Shown: positions 29,714 to 41,843 of the stretch, in pieces
How the letters are laid out: each line of letters starts with the position of its first letter
How positions within the stretch are numbered: position 1 is the stretch's first letter
Assembly: GCF_009914755.1 (NCBI RefSeq)
Contig: NC_060940.1
DNA length: 64,000 nucleotides
Strand: one strand, 5' to 3'
From: the human T2T-CHM13v2.0 reference genome, Homo sapiens
Notes under the pieces: generated by a model
Seen by the model: only the letters and a program-made list of their open reading frames with translations
Databases searched by the model: none
What the model was told of the DNA's origin: nothing
Made by a program: the position numbers and the translations under genes

Positions 29714-30919
29714 TCCTGTTCCAGCAATATCTTTCTCATCATCAGGGCCTGAGAAAAGTCTTAGCTATGAAAAGCAGGAGAGATGCAGTAGGATTCTTTA
29801 AAAATACAGAAGCCCAGAGAAACAGCAAAAGCATCACTCAGAGCTGAGTGTTTAGAAATGGTTTGAAACATTCTTCTAATCTGAAATAATAAAAATCAAA
29901 TCCTGGACAGTGTCAGAGGATTTTAGTACTTAACTTTAAATAGCTGTTTAGTACCTCACTTTGGCTACCTCAACAAGTTTCCCAAAAGTGACAAGTGGTG
30001 TTAGCCATTATCATTTGGCTTCACTTCCTTGTCTTAAGACAGGAATGTGATAATGACATTTCTTGAAACACTACAATAAAGAGAAGACATTAAAATAACT
30101 CAGATGGTCTGCCTGAAACATTCTCTAAGGCCAAAAAGAAGTCACATGCATTTATTATACGGCAGAAGTGGCAAATATGAGAGGGACTGGGGAAGGATCC
30201 TGTTAAATGAACTCTTTCGCTTCTACTGTGTTAACATTTCCCTACATGACCCAAACGAACTCTCAGGCTTGGAGAAAGAAGTTCTTCCTCAAATCTGATT
30301 TTGTAATTAGATATCTAAAGAAAGGCAAGCTAGTGTACATCCCTAGATATTGGAGCATCTCAAATGCCTGATATTTCTGATTTTGTGCTTTTAAAATGTT
30401 AAAGTATAAAAGTCCTTAGGAGAATCATTGCCTCCAAGGAAGAGTACCATTTAAGGAACCCCAGTCAACTTATTCTTTGGGGACTTTTACATAAGAACTG
30501 TTTTGGTCATACAAGTTCTAGAATAGCCATTGTTAGGAGTACTGCACATTTTCCAGAACTAAACTGCTTCTAGGAATATCAAGGCACAAACTGGGCATTT
30601 TACTGAGACAGCTTCTCTTCCCACTCTCCAGAAAATTTCTCTACAAGAAAAGTCCTGATGCTGAACAAAAATTCATCTAACTACATTCAACCAAATTTTA
30701 TGGAGTCCTGAGCAGGAATTCAAGGGAAAGAATTATAGAATTTCCAGAGACACAATATGGAAATCCTGTTTCATAACAGTTCCATAAAACAGTTCAAGAG
30801 AAAAAACCAAGCATGATCTTTGAGGATCTAATTAATAATCTTAATAATAACCTTAGGTATCAAGTATCTCTTGTGAGTGGCACCAGGGAGCCACCCCATC
30901 CAACATTCTTGTCCCTACA

Positions 30920-31240
30920 GATGCTCTACAGCACTGGACACAGTTGACCACTCCCACTATGCTAATATAGCCTTCTCTCGGCTCCAGTGACATTGCAGTC
31001 TGCTGATTCCCTCCACCCCAATGGCCACTATGTCTCGATATTTTCCTCCAGGCCATCTCTAAATGTTGGCACAACACACAAACTTGAAGGTCAAGGGCTT
31101 TCTCTTCTCCATCTACAAGCTCTCCATAGCTGATTTATATATGTTTTAGTCTCATGGCTTTAAACATTCTATATACAGAGAAGTTCTGGGCTCTCACCTG
31201 AGCTACCAACTCTGGGTCCAAGTGCCTATTTGGCATTGAC
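30920..31240 (+). mobile_element. L2 fragment
   Basis: CAGCACTGGACACAGTTGACCACTCCC..TTCTCTTCTCCATCTACA..GTCTCATGGCTTTAAACA..TCCAAGTGCCTATTTGGCAT. Confidence 0.7.
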
Positions 31241-31432
31241 ACAGGTGCTGTCCCTCTCCCTATCTTGCCACACCACCAGCTGCCAGCACCTACATCTCTT
31301 TATCTAAGGGCTTTCTCTGACTGCTAGTGGCTGCTCCAGCTGCACACATAGCAGGCAGGAGGTGGTGCCAGGAAATTCATTTTCCCTCAATCTATGAACA
31401 GCCTTCAATCTATGGCTGCTTGAAGAAACAGC

Positions 31433-32205
31433 TTCTCAACATCACTGATTATTAGAGAAACGTAAATCAAAACCACAATGAAATACCATCTCATGCCAGT
31501 CAGTATGGCTATTATTAAAAAGTCAAAAAAACAACAGATGCTGGTGAGGTTGTGGAGAAAAAGGAGCGCTTTTACACTGTTGGTGGGAGTGTAAATTAGT
31601 TCAACCATTGTGGAAGACAGTGTGGTGATTCCTCAAACCTAGAGGCAGAAATACCATTTGACCCAGCAATCCCATTACTGGGTATGTACCCAAAGGAATA
31701 TAAATCATTCTATTATAAAGATACAGGCACACATATATTCCTTGTAGCACTATCCACAATAGCAAAGACATGGAATCAACCTAAATGCCCATTAATGATA
31801 GATTGGATAAAGAAAATGTGGTACATATACACCATGGAAGACTATGCAGCCATAAAGAGGAATGAGATCATGTGCTTTTCAGGGACATTGATGGAGTTGG
31901 AAGCCATTATCCTCAGCAAACTAACTCAGGAACAGAAAACCAAACACCACATGTTCACATTTATAAGTGGGAGCTGAACAGTGAGAACACATGGTCATGG
32001 GGAGGAGAACAACACACGCTGGGGCCTGGGTTGGGGGAGAGCATCAGAAGGAATAGCTAAGGGATGCTGGGCTTAATACCTAGGTGATGGGATAACCTGT
32101 GCAGCAAACCATCATGGCACACATTTACCTGTGTAACAAACCTGCACACCCTGCACATGTACCCTTGAACTTAAAATAAGAGTTGAAGTTAAAAAAAAAA
32201 AAAAA
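31433..32205 (+). mobile_element. L1PA (PA8A-like) 3' end inserted in an LTR16-like element
   Basis: CTCAACATCACTGATTATTAGAGAAA..; ORF 31684 YPKEYKSFYYKDT..KTWNQPKCP..WIKKMWYIYTME; poly(A). Confidence 0.93.
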
Positions 32206-32503
32206 AGAAGCTCAGCTTCCTCGACACTCAGGTGGAATAGCCCTGAGGTGCATGATCTACACCGACTCGCAGGGTTTCCCCATGGGCTTAAGCTCCAGTT
32301 GCCCTTAGAGGTAACTTGCTTGATCATGTACCCTGGATTTGTTGCCTTCCTTCCTTCCTCACCTTCCCCTCCCTCCCTCACCTTCCCCTCCCTCCCTCAC
32401 CTTCCCCCTCCCATACCAGTGTTTCCTGGAACCACCTTCTAAACAATCTAACTGCACTTAAATCTTCATCTCAGTATCTTCTGCGGGAAACTCAAACTAA
32501 AAC
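32206..32503 (+). mobile_element. LTR16-like ERVL LTR (3' part; 5' part ~31245-31432)
   Basis: CTCAGGTGGAATAGCCCTGAGG..AAGCTCCAGTTGCCC..GGTAACTTGCTTGAT..CTGCACTTAAATCTTCATCTCAG..AAACTAAAAC. Confidence 0.75.
32356..32412 (+). repeat. 19-bp C-rich tandem repeat x3 (CTCACCTTCCCCTCCCTCC)
   Basis: Directly visible. Confidence 0.85.
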
Positions 32504-32584
32504 CGCATCGCTACCCACATATAAACCCCTCCCCACCTGCTCCTCTCCTAGTTTCTCAAACAAAAATCTAGGAGCTATCCTTGA

Positions 32585-32950
32585 TGTCTTAGCTCAAGCT
32601 ACTCTAACAAAAATACTGTAGATGAGGTGGTTTAAACAATAGAATTCTATTTTTCCCAGTTCTGGGGGCTGGAAGTCCAAGATTAAAATGCTGGCCAATC
32701 TGGTTCCTGGTCAGGGCCCCCTTTCTGGTTTGCAGACGGCCACTTCTCATTGTATCTTCACACAATGGAGGCAGAAAGCTCTAGTATCTTTCTCTTCTCA
32801 TAAAGACACTAATCCCATCCTGGGAGTTCCACCCTCATGAGCCTGTCTAAGCCTAGTCACCTCCCAAAGGCCCGACCTTCTACTACCATCCCACTAGGGG
32901 TTACAGTTCCATATGCATTTGGGGGGAACATAAACATGAAGTCAATAACG
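32585..32950 (-). mobile_element. MLT1A0-like solo LTR inside L2
   Basis: CAGTTCTGGGGGCTGGAAGTCCAAGAT..CACTAATCCCATC..CACCTCCCAAAGGCCC; TSD CTTGA/CTTGC. Confidence 0.88.
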
Positions 32951-32954
32951 CTTG

Positions 32955-33980
32955 CTGTTTCTCTTTCCATCCATTTCCATATCCAAGTCCTGGCTCTTAG
33001 TTTGACTGTAAAATGCACCCCATGTTCTTCCACTTTTCTTCTCTAGTCCTATTGTCCAATGACTTTTGTTTGAACTACAGCAACAGCTTCCCATCTGGCC
33101 TCCCTGCCTCTATTCTTGCCTCCCTACTCAGATTATGTTCTCCACAAAACATCCAGAGTGATCTCATAAAACCTTAAGTCAGATCAACTCACTTCCTTGC
33201 TTTAAATATTGCAATGGCTTCCCACGATACATTGGGTATGATCTAAACCCATGCTCAAATGTCCCCCGACCCAGGCCCCAGTGTATGTTGTTCCCCGCCC
33301 TGCAGTGTGTCCACGTGTTCTCATCACCCAGCTCCCACTTATAAGTGAGAACATGAAGTGTTTGGTTGTCTGTCCCTGAGTTAGATTGCTGAGGATAATG
33401 GTTTCCAACTCCATCCATGTCCCTGGAAATGACATGATCTCATTCCCTTTTATGGCTGCATAGTCTTCCATGGTGTATATGTACCACATTTTCTTTTTCC
33501 AGCCTATCATTGATCTAAATGCATAGCTTCACAATCTAGCCCCTGCCTCCCTCTGCAACTCATTTCGTGCCCCTCTCCTCTTGCTCACTCCACTCCAAAC
33601 CTCCTTGGAGCTCTCCTTCAGGGATGCAAAGCTCAGACCTGACCTAGGATCTGGGGCTGGTTTCCCTCTGCCCAAGATGATCTGCCCACAAGTATTTTCA
33701 TGGCAGATCCTTTGCCATTCATGTCTCTGCTCAGATGTTCCCTCTTCACAGAGACGTACCCAGATATGCAGTCTCAGAAGTCATACCCATCCCTCTCTAT
33801 TACACACTTTGCTTCTCCACCCTCATCACCACCTGAAATCCTTATTTCTTTACTTGCTCTTGTCTGTCTTCCTATGCCAGAACATCAGCTTTTGTCTGCC
33901 TTAGGCACCACTGTAACCTCAGCCTCTGGAACTGTGCCAGACACACAGCAGATGCTCAGAAATACTTCTTGAGTGACTGC
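32955..33980 (+). mobile_element. L2 (3' region; interrupted by an inverted L1 fragment)
   Basis: CTGGCCTCCCTGCCTCTATTCTTGCC..CCAGAGTGATCT..TCTCTGCTCAGATGTTCCCTCTTCA..GTGCCAGACACACAGCAGATGCTCAGAAATA. Confidence 0.8.
33262..33514 (-). mobile_element. L1PA ORF2-end/3'UTR fragment without 3' terminus or poly(A)
   Basis: ORF 33202-33510 MIGWKKKMWYIYTMEDYAAIK; ends abruptly at GGGCCTGGGTCGGGGGA. Confidence 0.92.
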
Positions 33981-34585
33981 ACGCTACATGTGAAGCACCA
34001 CGCTAGGTGCTTTACAGCTACAAGGAAAGCATTGCTATCAACATTTTCCACTCTGACCTTCAATTTTTCAATCTATAAAGTGGCTTGCCAAAGATCACTC
34101 AGCTAATTAGTGGGGATAACGGCCTACTCGTGGATGCTGAGAGTTAGGAATGAGGGCTCATTGCTAATTGTTTCAGTTAAAACAGCTAAAGTCATGAACA
34201 GCTGCCACATCCCAAAAACTCACATAATTAGGTCACACATTTGGCCTAAATTCCCTACCTTCCTACATCCATTTTCAAAGATACTAAACTTGAGGACACC
34301 AGTACCTTTGGTATATAAAAAGGCATCTAGAACAGAATTGTGAATGGAAGCATTCTAATTTAAATCCTAAAAATGCAAATATATTGTCTCTATGCTAAAG
34401 AGGCAAACTTAATCAGAGATTTTGAAAATTAGATTTCACAGACATAAAAGTTACCAAATGACAGCAGGGTCTTATGATAGTGTTTTATCAGAATTCACAC
34501 TTCAGAACCTCTCTTGGTGAGTGAGACTATTTTTAGCATCCTTTTGATAGGTTGGGCTTGCTGGATGATCAAGGCCCAGTAGGAG

Positions 34586-34587
<2 letters not shown>

Positions 34588-34639
<52 letters not shown>

Positions 34640-34669
34640 GCGCGCATGTGTGTGTATTATATATATATA
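34588..34669 (+). repeat. (TG)n-[(CG)4CA]2-(TG)n-(TA)n compound microsatellite
   Basis: Uninterrupted purine/pyrimidine alternation 34588-34657. Confidence 0.97.
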
Positions 34670-34961
34670 ATTCTTTATTACTTTTAGCATGCTTTACTAT
34701 GATAAAGTGCATGTTTTTCAAACCGTCAAAGGACTTTCAGAATTTAGAAACCCAGGCACAGTCCTCATAAAGCTTTTGTATGGTTTCTTACCTAATAAGG
34801 TAAGGGAATTAGTTGAACTAAAAATTGTTTGGCTATTTAATCACAGTTGGTTACAGAAGATTCAATTCTGATTACAAACATACTTCTTGGCCAACCCAGT
34901 GTTCTATGAGACTGTTTGCAGATGAGAAAGACTATCTCAAAAGAAGCAACCTCAAAACTGA

Positions 34962-35364
<403 letters not shown>

Positions 35365-35479
35365 TTAGAAGAGAAAAATGAGAAAAGACTGTCTCTATAA
35401 CTATGAGGTATATTTGAGTTAAAAGCTGGAAACCAAATCAGATATCTGGACACTACGGACATTCATTCCCAAGATAACT

Positions 35480-35778
35480 GCACCTTTTGTTCATTGTAAT
35501 CCAGATGCCAGCCCTTGAATGGTGGGAAAGGAATCAGTCGATAATACTCCCACCTCCCATCCTTTGTGTGGACATTCCTGGGAGGTGTTCTATTTGCTTC
35601 TCAGGAATCCTGGTAAATTTGAACCTTCACTGCCCGAGCAACAACCTCAATTACACACCCTTGTGTCTACTTTTCCTCCTTTACTGCTGCCTTCTTCCTG
35701 TTTCCTCACTCCAACCTCCTAGGGGCACTTTCCTCCAAGTTTTTGTCTCAGGTTTTCAGGGTAATCTAATTAAGACAC
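35480..35778 (+). mobile_element. LTR16-like remnant
   Basis: GAGGTGTTCTATTTGCTTCTCAG..CCTTCTTCCTGTTTCCTCACTCC..GTCTCAGGTTTTCAGGGTAATCTAATTAAGACA. Confidence 0.55.
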
Positions 35779-35859
35779 TATTCACTGGAATTTGTATACA
35801 TGAATTAAAGTGATCACCTCTTCTGTTTTATATAGTACCTTACTCCTTTCAATTTCCAA

Positions 35860-36045
35860 AGAAATTTCACATACTTCTTCATTCAGATCTCTTAGAAATG
35901 TCCAGGCTTGTTAATGGAGACAAGGTTATCTTTCTCATTTGGACAGTTGAGGAAGTTGAGATGCAGAGGTGAAAAGAGGCTTGTCCAAGATTTCAGGGGT
36001 TGTACATGGTATGGCTGGGACATCATCACCAACTTGGGGCTCACA
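35860..36045 (-). mobile_element. MIR
   Basis: CTCATTTGGACAGTTGAGGAAGTTGAGATGCAGAGGTGAAAAGAGGCTTGTCCAAG. Confidence 0.6.
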
Positions 36046-36185
36046 GCAAGTTCTTAGCCCTATCCAATGCACTTTTACTTATCTCAACTGCCCCCTTCAT
36101 TGTCTGCCTGGCACCCTTCTTTCGCTTGTCCTACAAGAGTTAGTTCCAGCCTCATTGAGTCCAGGGAGACTTCCTTGAGTATTTG

Positions 36186-36269
36186 TTTTTTTGATGGGAT
36201 TTCACTCTTGTCGCCCAGGCTGGAATGCAATGGCACTATCTCAGCTCACTGCAACCTCCACCTCCTGGG
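36186..36269 (-). mobile_element. Severely 5'-truncated Alu (right-arm 3' end)
   Basis: TTTCACTCTTGTCGCCCAGGCTGGAATGCAATGGCAC..CAACCTCCACCTCCTGGG; TSD core CCTTGAG on both sides. Confidence 0.9.
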
Positions 36270-36336
36270 CCTTGAGCTCTTTTAGAGGGAAAGACCAGGT
36301 CTTGCTGGTTGTATTAGGATTCTCTGAGAAATAGAA

Positions 36337-36356
36337 GATAGATAGATGGATGAATG

Positions 36357-36404
<48 letters not shown>
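36337..36404 (+). repeat. (GATA)n tetranucleotide STR
   Basis: 12 perfect units at 36357-36404 plus a degenerate lead-in. Confidence 0.97.
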
Positions 36405-36405
<1 letters not shown>

Positions 36406-36416
36406 AATGAGATTTA

Positions 36417-37700
36417 TCAGTGGATTTCAAAAGGTTTGTGAAGATGGAATTAAACAATAAAATAAAAATTATGAACTTTATTTGTGAACATAACCTCCAT
36501 CAAGGTCAAGACACTTTTGCAAGCAATGATGCCCACCATTTAGTTCATCCCTAAAGAATCGAGGGTCCTGGCAATTGAATTATGTCAGTAGTCTTTTTTA
36601 CGTTATTAACTGATGAAAAAATGGGTGCTCTTAAAGAATTTTTTAAGATTTGGGGGGAAAACAAAGTCAGAAGAAGCCAAATTAAGACTGTGAGGTGGAT
36701 GCTTAATGATTTTCTATTGAAATCCTCCCAAAATTGCCCTTGTTTCATGAAAAGAATGAGCAGCATTGTCACGGTGGAGAAGGATTCTCTGGTGAAGCTC
36801 TCCCAGTCATTTTTCTGCTGAAACTTTGGCTAACTTTTTCAAAACACTGTCATAATAAGCAGATGTCATCGTTATTTAGCCCTCCAGAAAGTCAACAAGC
36901 AAAATGCCTTGAGCATCCCAAAAAGCTGTTGCCATGACCCTTGCTTTTGACTAGTCCACTTTTGCTTCAACTAGAACACTTCCACCTCTTGGTAGCCATT
37001 GCTTTCATTGTGTTTCGTCTTCAGGATTGTACTGGTAAAGTCATGCTTTCTTTCCTGCTACAATTCTGCAAAAAAATGTTTCAGGATCTTGATCCTATTT
37101 TTTTAAAATTTCCACTGAAAGCCCTGCTTTTATATGCAGCTGATCTGGGTCCAGTGGTTTTGGCACTCGTTGAGTAGAATTTGCTCAACTTCAGTTTTCA
37201 GTCAGAATTATGTAAGTTGAACCAGTTGAAATGTCTATGTTTTTGGCTATAGTTTCTGCTGTTAATAATTGATCCTCTTTAATTAGGGCACAAACAAGAT
37301 TAATTTATTCCTCAAAAATTGATGCAAATAGTCTGCTGCTCAGGCTTCATCTTTAACATTGGCTCATTCCTTCTTAAAACAAGTTATTCATTTGTAAACT
37401 GCTGATTTATTTGGGGCATTGTCCTTATATACTTTTCATAAAGCATCAATGATTTTAACATTCTTCCATTCCAACTTCACCATAAACTTAATGCTTCTTC
37501 TTGCTTCAATTTTATCAGAATTCATATTGCTCTGATAGTCTCTTTTCAATGATGTCTTCTCCTTCTTAGTGCCTCAAACTAGATCCTGTTCAGAAATGTT
37601 ATAACAAGTTAGCACGTTTATTTTCATGCAAAAACATTTTAAATCCATGCATTGTTTTTTCATAATATGCATTTTCTGTGAACTTTTTGAAGACCCTTTG
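36417..37700 (-). mobile_element. Hsmar2 mariner transposon, full-length, decayed transposase
   Basis: 1284 bp between TA dinucleotides; degenerate TIRs (TTCAAAAGGTTTGTGAAGATG / CATTTTCTGTGAACTTTTTGAAGACCC); minus-strand translation LLHRDNAAH and KHPPHSLNLASSDF matching mariner HDNA and HPPYSPDLAPSDF motifs. Confidence 0.9.
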
Positions 37701-37892
37701 TATTATAATGAATTGGCTTATACAATTATGGAGGATGAGAAACCCCAAGATCTGCAATTAGCAAGCTGAAGACTTAGGAGAATCAATGTATAGTTCTAGT
37801 CCAAATCTGAATGCCTCACTCTTTGAGGCATTCTTACTCTGCCTTATTACCTGTTTACCTGTCTGACCCCCCATCAGTCTGTGAGCCCCTTC

Positions 37893-38041
37893 AGAAATCT
37901 CAGACATCACCACTAAAGAACTTATCCATGTAACCAAAACCCTAAACTATTGAAATAAAAAAAGAAAAAACTATTGAAATTAAAAGAAAATGATTGAAAT
38001 AAAATTATCCCAAAACTATTGAAATAAAAAGAAAAAAAAAA
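37893..38041 (+). mobile_element. L1PB1-like extreme 3' tip with reiterated terminus, inside an L2 3' end
   Basis: CTCAGACATCACCACTAAAGAACTTATCCATGTAACCAAAAC (compare 17309-17351), then four ATTGAAAT(A/T)AAA units. Confidence 0.85.
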
Positions 38042-38589
38042 TCACGTTCGTCATCTCTGTCTCCCCTGTGCCTAGGACAGCATCACACGCTATTAAGCTG
38101 GTACTTAATAGCATTTCCTGAATGAATGAAAGAGAACTTTACATTCCTAAGAATACTATGACACTAGGCATAGGAAAAACTAGCTGGATGAAAACTCTGG
38201 AATGAGATCACAGAAGAATCAAATCCACAAAGAAACAAATGTGGAGCCCATGCTTTTACTAAGCAGTTATTGGTTATCTTAACCCAACAACTGTAGTTAT
38301 ATATAATAAATATTAATTATGTCACAATTGATGATAAACAATGTATGCCTGGTAGTTTTTGCCCTATAATGATGGTTTTTTCACAGAAAGAGCAGATAAT
38401 CATGAACAAGTTCTATAGCCTTTGTGTACCTTGGGTTTCTCATTAATAATAGTAATAATAATAACAATAATAATAGCTTCATATATCAAGCACTGACTTT
38501 GTGCCAGAGCTGCCGCATTAATTCTCATCCACGAGACTGGTGCCCTGTAGAGTTGCAGTTCACAATCAACATGGTTTTACCTGATGGTC

Positions 38590-38780
38590 CTACATTGTAC
38601 TAAGCACTTCATATGTAGTATCTCATTTAATCACTCTTAACAACTCTGAAAAATATAGAATTACAGGTTCCATATTACAAATAAGGAAGCAAGTCTAGGG
38701 AGGTCAGGTGATTTATTCAATATCACACAGCCATAGGCTATGAAATCAGGATTTGCACCTGTGGAATCTAGCTCTGGCTT
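38590..38780 (-). mobile_element. MIR
   Basis: CTAAGCACTTCATATGTAGTATCTCATTTAATC..TTACAAATAAGGAAGCAAG..TCACACAGC..AGGATTTGCACC. Confidence 0.75.
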
Positions 38781-39956
38781 CCAGTATTAACCTCGGGCAA
38801 TACTTTGTAGTATTACTGCAAAGTTATAATAAACTCCTAGAAAAGAAACATTTTACAAAGAGTAAAGTCAATAAATATATCTTTTAAAATTATTTTTATC
38901 ATGACTTTTCCTTGATGGCCAACCTGTGATGGTCAAAACCTGAGAGGTTTTATAAATAACCTGGGAAAATTTCTAAGGCATCTTTACAAATGCATATTTT
39001 ATAACCTGAACATGAACTATACATAAGGGAGAAATAGAATAAATCCCAGCCATTATTGATGTTCATTATCAATAATAATAAATATAGAATGATTCTGAGC
39101 AAAGAGGAGACAGAGCTAGAATCTGTTGAATGGGGAGTCACAAAATTTCCTTCCTTGGAAAAAGTTCTGGAGAATGTACTGAAAAAATCCTCAAAGGCAT
39201 CAATTCAGCAGCAGCCCAACTATGGTCGAGTGATAAATTTCCAGGGTTTCAAGCTAGAAACAACCAATTCCCCCCAACTCCAAGTTTAACTTGAGTTGTC
39301 CAAGAGACCCTTTTCCCTAGAACACTGTTTTTCAGCCATCAGTATGAACTGTGAGTACATAATGTACATTTTATCATTCTATATAGATTTTTGTAAAAAT
39401 GGAAGGAGGAAGGGGGTAATGTAGATTTTGAGTATTCTTCTAAGCCCCACAGAGAATCTGTCCAAAGATGCATGTGGAAAGTTGGTTTCATTAGCTCAAA
39501 GAGAAAAAAAAATTAAAAATACAGTGACACTTAAAAAGCTACATTTTTCAGAAAATGGACGATTCCATGAGTTTTTCAGATAACTGATGCTTACCCCATT
39601 AAGTACCAAAATGCCTTTTTATTTTAATCTGCTTGGTTAACTCTTTCAAATACATTTTCTAATTTCCTGTCTTTGTAATCAAAATACATAAGATATATTT
39701 AGATAGTGCATGTAGGTCTTGGGACCTTCATTATGAATCTCAGTTATCATATCTGAAAACATATCATCAATCTTACTATGATTCTCCCAAAACCATTTCT
39801 CCCTTGGGAAATGGAAGGGTCTTGAATAGGTGCACTTTCTACATGGTTCTGTCTGCCTTGAAGATGTTTTCTTACCCTTTCTTCTGTCCAACAGCTACCT
39901 CTTACGACTGCCCTTTCTGTGCCCTGCTAACTCTAATCTGTCACCATACTTGAGAT

Positions 39957-40179
39957 CAGGGATGGGCAATTACAGTCTGCCGGCCAAATCCAGCCTGCTG
40001 CTTATTTTGTAAATAAAGTTTTATTGGAACACAACCATGTGCATTTCTTTCCATATTGCCAATGGCTGCTTTCACTCTACAACAGGCCAAGTTGAGTAGT
40101 TGCAACCAAGGCCACATGGCCCTGCAAAGCCTACAATATTTACTAACTGCTCTTTACAGGAAAAGTTTGCCAGCTCCTA
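39957..40179. mobile_element. MER58A (hAT-Charlie)
   Basis: CAGGGATGGGCAA..GGCCAAATCCAGCCTGCTGC..GTAAATAAAGTTTTATTGGAACAC..AAAAGTTTGCCAGCTCCT. Confidence 0.9.
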
Positions 40180-41039
40180 TTTTAGATTCATGGATAAGTC
40201 AGAGTCTTTTAGAAAAATCTCCTCCTCTCTTTCTGGAAAAAAGAAGATGCTTGGCAACAACTGTGTTCTTAGCAACTGAAAGGCTGTTTTTCACTTCCAT
40301 CCATCTATGTTTCCAAATGTGTCCTGGGAGGTTGAAGAGGCTACAAGACTAACCTTCAAAGAAGGGAGCATTTCCCAGACTTTTAAAAGTTATCAAATTC
40401 CATTATATTTGATGCTAGATTCCAATGCCTCAAAAACAATATTTATGTGTTCCTGTAATAGGGCTATCTCTATCACCTTAAACCAGGTGTCATTTGGAGA
40501 AGATCTGATGCCTTCAAGTAATTGAGCACACAGCTAGTCCCAACCCTCAAAGACCAGCTAGAGTCACTGGCTTAATAATAGAAAAATGAGATGCAAAAAA
40601 AGAAATAGGAAATCACTCAATTTTTTTAAAAAGTTTTTAAGGAACAGCAACTGAATCAAACCTGTCCCTGAGATTTACAGAGGAGAAATCAACCAAAGAC
40701 ATTGTTTAAAAATGAACATGGCATTTTAACCCAAAGCAGATTTCCAGCTAGAGGGATTACAGCATATGGTATTTCACACACAAAAGGTAATTAAGAACTG
40801 CCTTGGAAAAGAGCATTTGTAGCCACCTCATCAGTGACCTAGCAGGCTGGTTTGTATCAGTTACTATTCATTACTGTCAGTAAGAACAAAACAGGGTATG
40901 ATTAATGCAGTCCGGTGCAATGAATTCCAACAGAAGATGATGCCTTAAAAAAAAATGAAGTTCAGAAAAAAAGACCATCGTTTATGAAGGCTAGGGATTC
41001 TATTTGCATTTTATACCTACAGTATTGTTATAATTATTA

Positions 41040-41260
41040 TTATTACTAACAAAGTAATGAGCATTTAAACACTGCCTAATACTAGTCTATATGCTATATG
41101 TGTATTAGCTCATTGACTTCTCAAAAATTTCTGTGAAGTAGATATTAACATTATTCCTAATCAACAGGTAAGGAAACAGCTTCAAAAGGGCAGGTAACCT
41201 GCCCAGTGTGAATCTGAATTCACAACCAAGCCTGAGTGACTCCCAAGGCCACACTCTGAA
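41040..41260 (-). mobile_element. MIR
   Basis: ATTAGCTCATTGACTTCTCA..GTGAAGTAGAT..ACAGGTAAGGAAACAG..GTAACCTGCCCA. Confidence 0.7.
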
Positions 41261-41351
41261 TCTTAGTTCTATGACATCCTATCACCCATTTTACTTGGGC
41301 TTAGAAATTTGCAGCTAGACATTCAAGACACTCCAATATAGTCTATTACAT

Positions 41352-41843
41352 CAGTGTTGTCCAATAGAAATACAATAAAAGCCATATACATAACTTTATA
41401 TTTTCTAAGTAACCACATTCAAAAAAGGAAAATTAAATAAGTGGAATTAATTTTAGTGATATATTTCTGTTTAACACAATATTTCCAAAACATTATCAAC
41501 ATATAATTAAATAAAACTATTAATAAGCTGCTTTATATTATTTCTATGTTATACTTTCTAAATCTGATGAGTTTTTTACTTACAGTACATCGCAATTTAG
41601 ACACTAAAATTTCATCCGAAAGTACATGATCTATATTTAAATATCATAACATTTACAGTTGAGAAAAGGAAATTTATATTTCAAACATGCTTAAAAGCTT
41701 TCTAATATTGAATGGGGTATGTCTTTAAATTTAAGCTTCAATTAATTACATTAAAATTCAAACTTCAGTCCCTTAGCTATATTAGTCATTCAAGTGCTAA
41801 ATAGCCAGAAATAGCTAGTGGCTACTATGTATTGACAATAAAA
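41352..41843. mobile_element. MER33/Charlie1-derived hAT element
   Basis: CAGTGTTGTCCAATAGAAATA start and CATTCAAGTGCTAAATAGCCA..GCTAGTGGCTACTATGTATTGACA end. Confidence 0.8.

Larger units (their letters stand above)
36310..37815 (-). mobile_element. MLT2 (C/D-like) LTR remnant, split by Hsmar2
   Basis: TGTATTAGGATTCTCTGAGAAATAGAA..GAGATTTA / TTATAATGAATTGGCTTATACAATTATGGAGGATGAGAA..AAGATCTGCA. Confidence 0.75.

Noticed and set aside
36551-37177. Possible domesticated or active transposase
   Set aside because: Hsmar2 frame is broken by stops and frameshifts, and the motifs are mutated (HRDNA, HSLNLASSD).
37944-38030. Repeat-spacer appearance (ATTGAAAT units) reminiscent of CRISPR repeat ends
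   Set aside because: Primate DNA, spacers are short A-rich tail sequence, the unit is the L1PB 3' terminus, and there are no cas genes.
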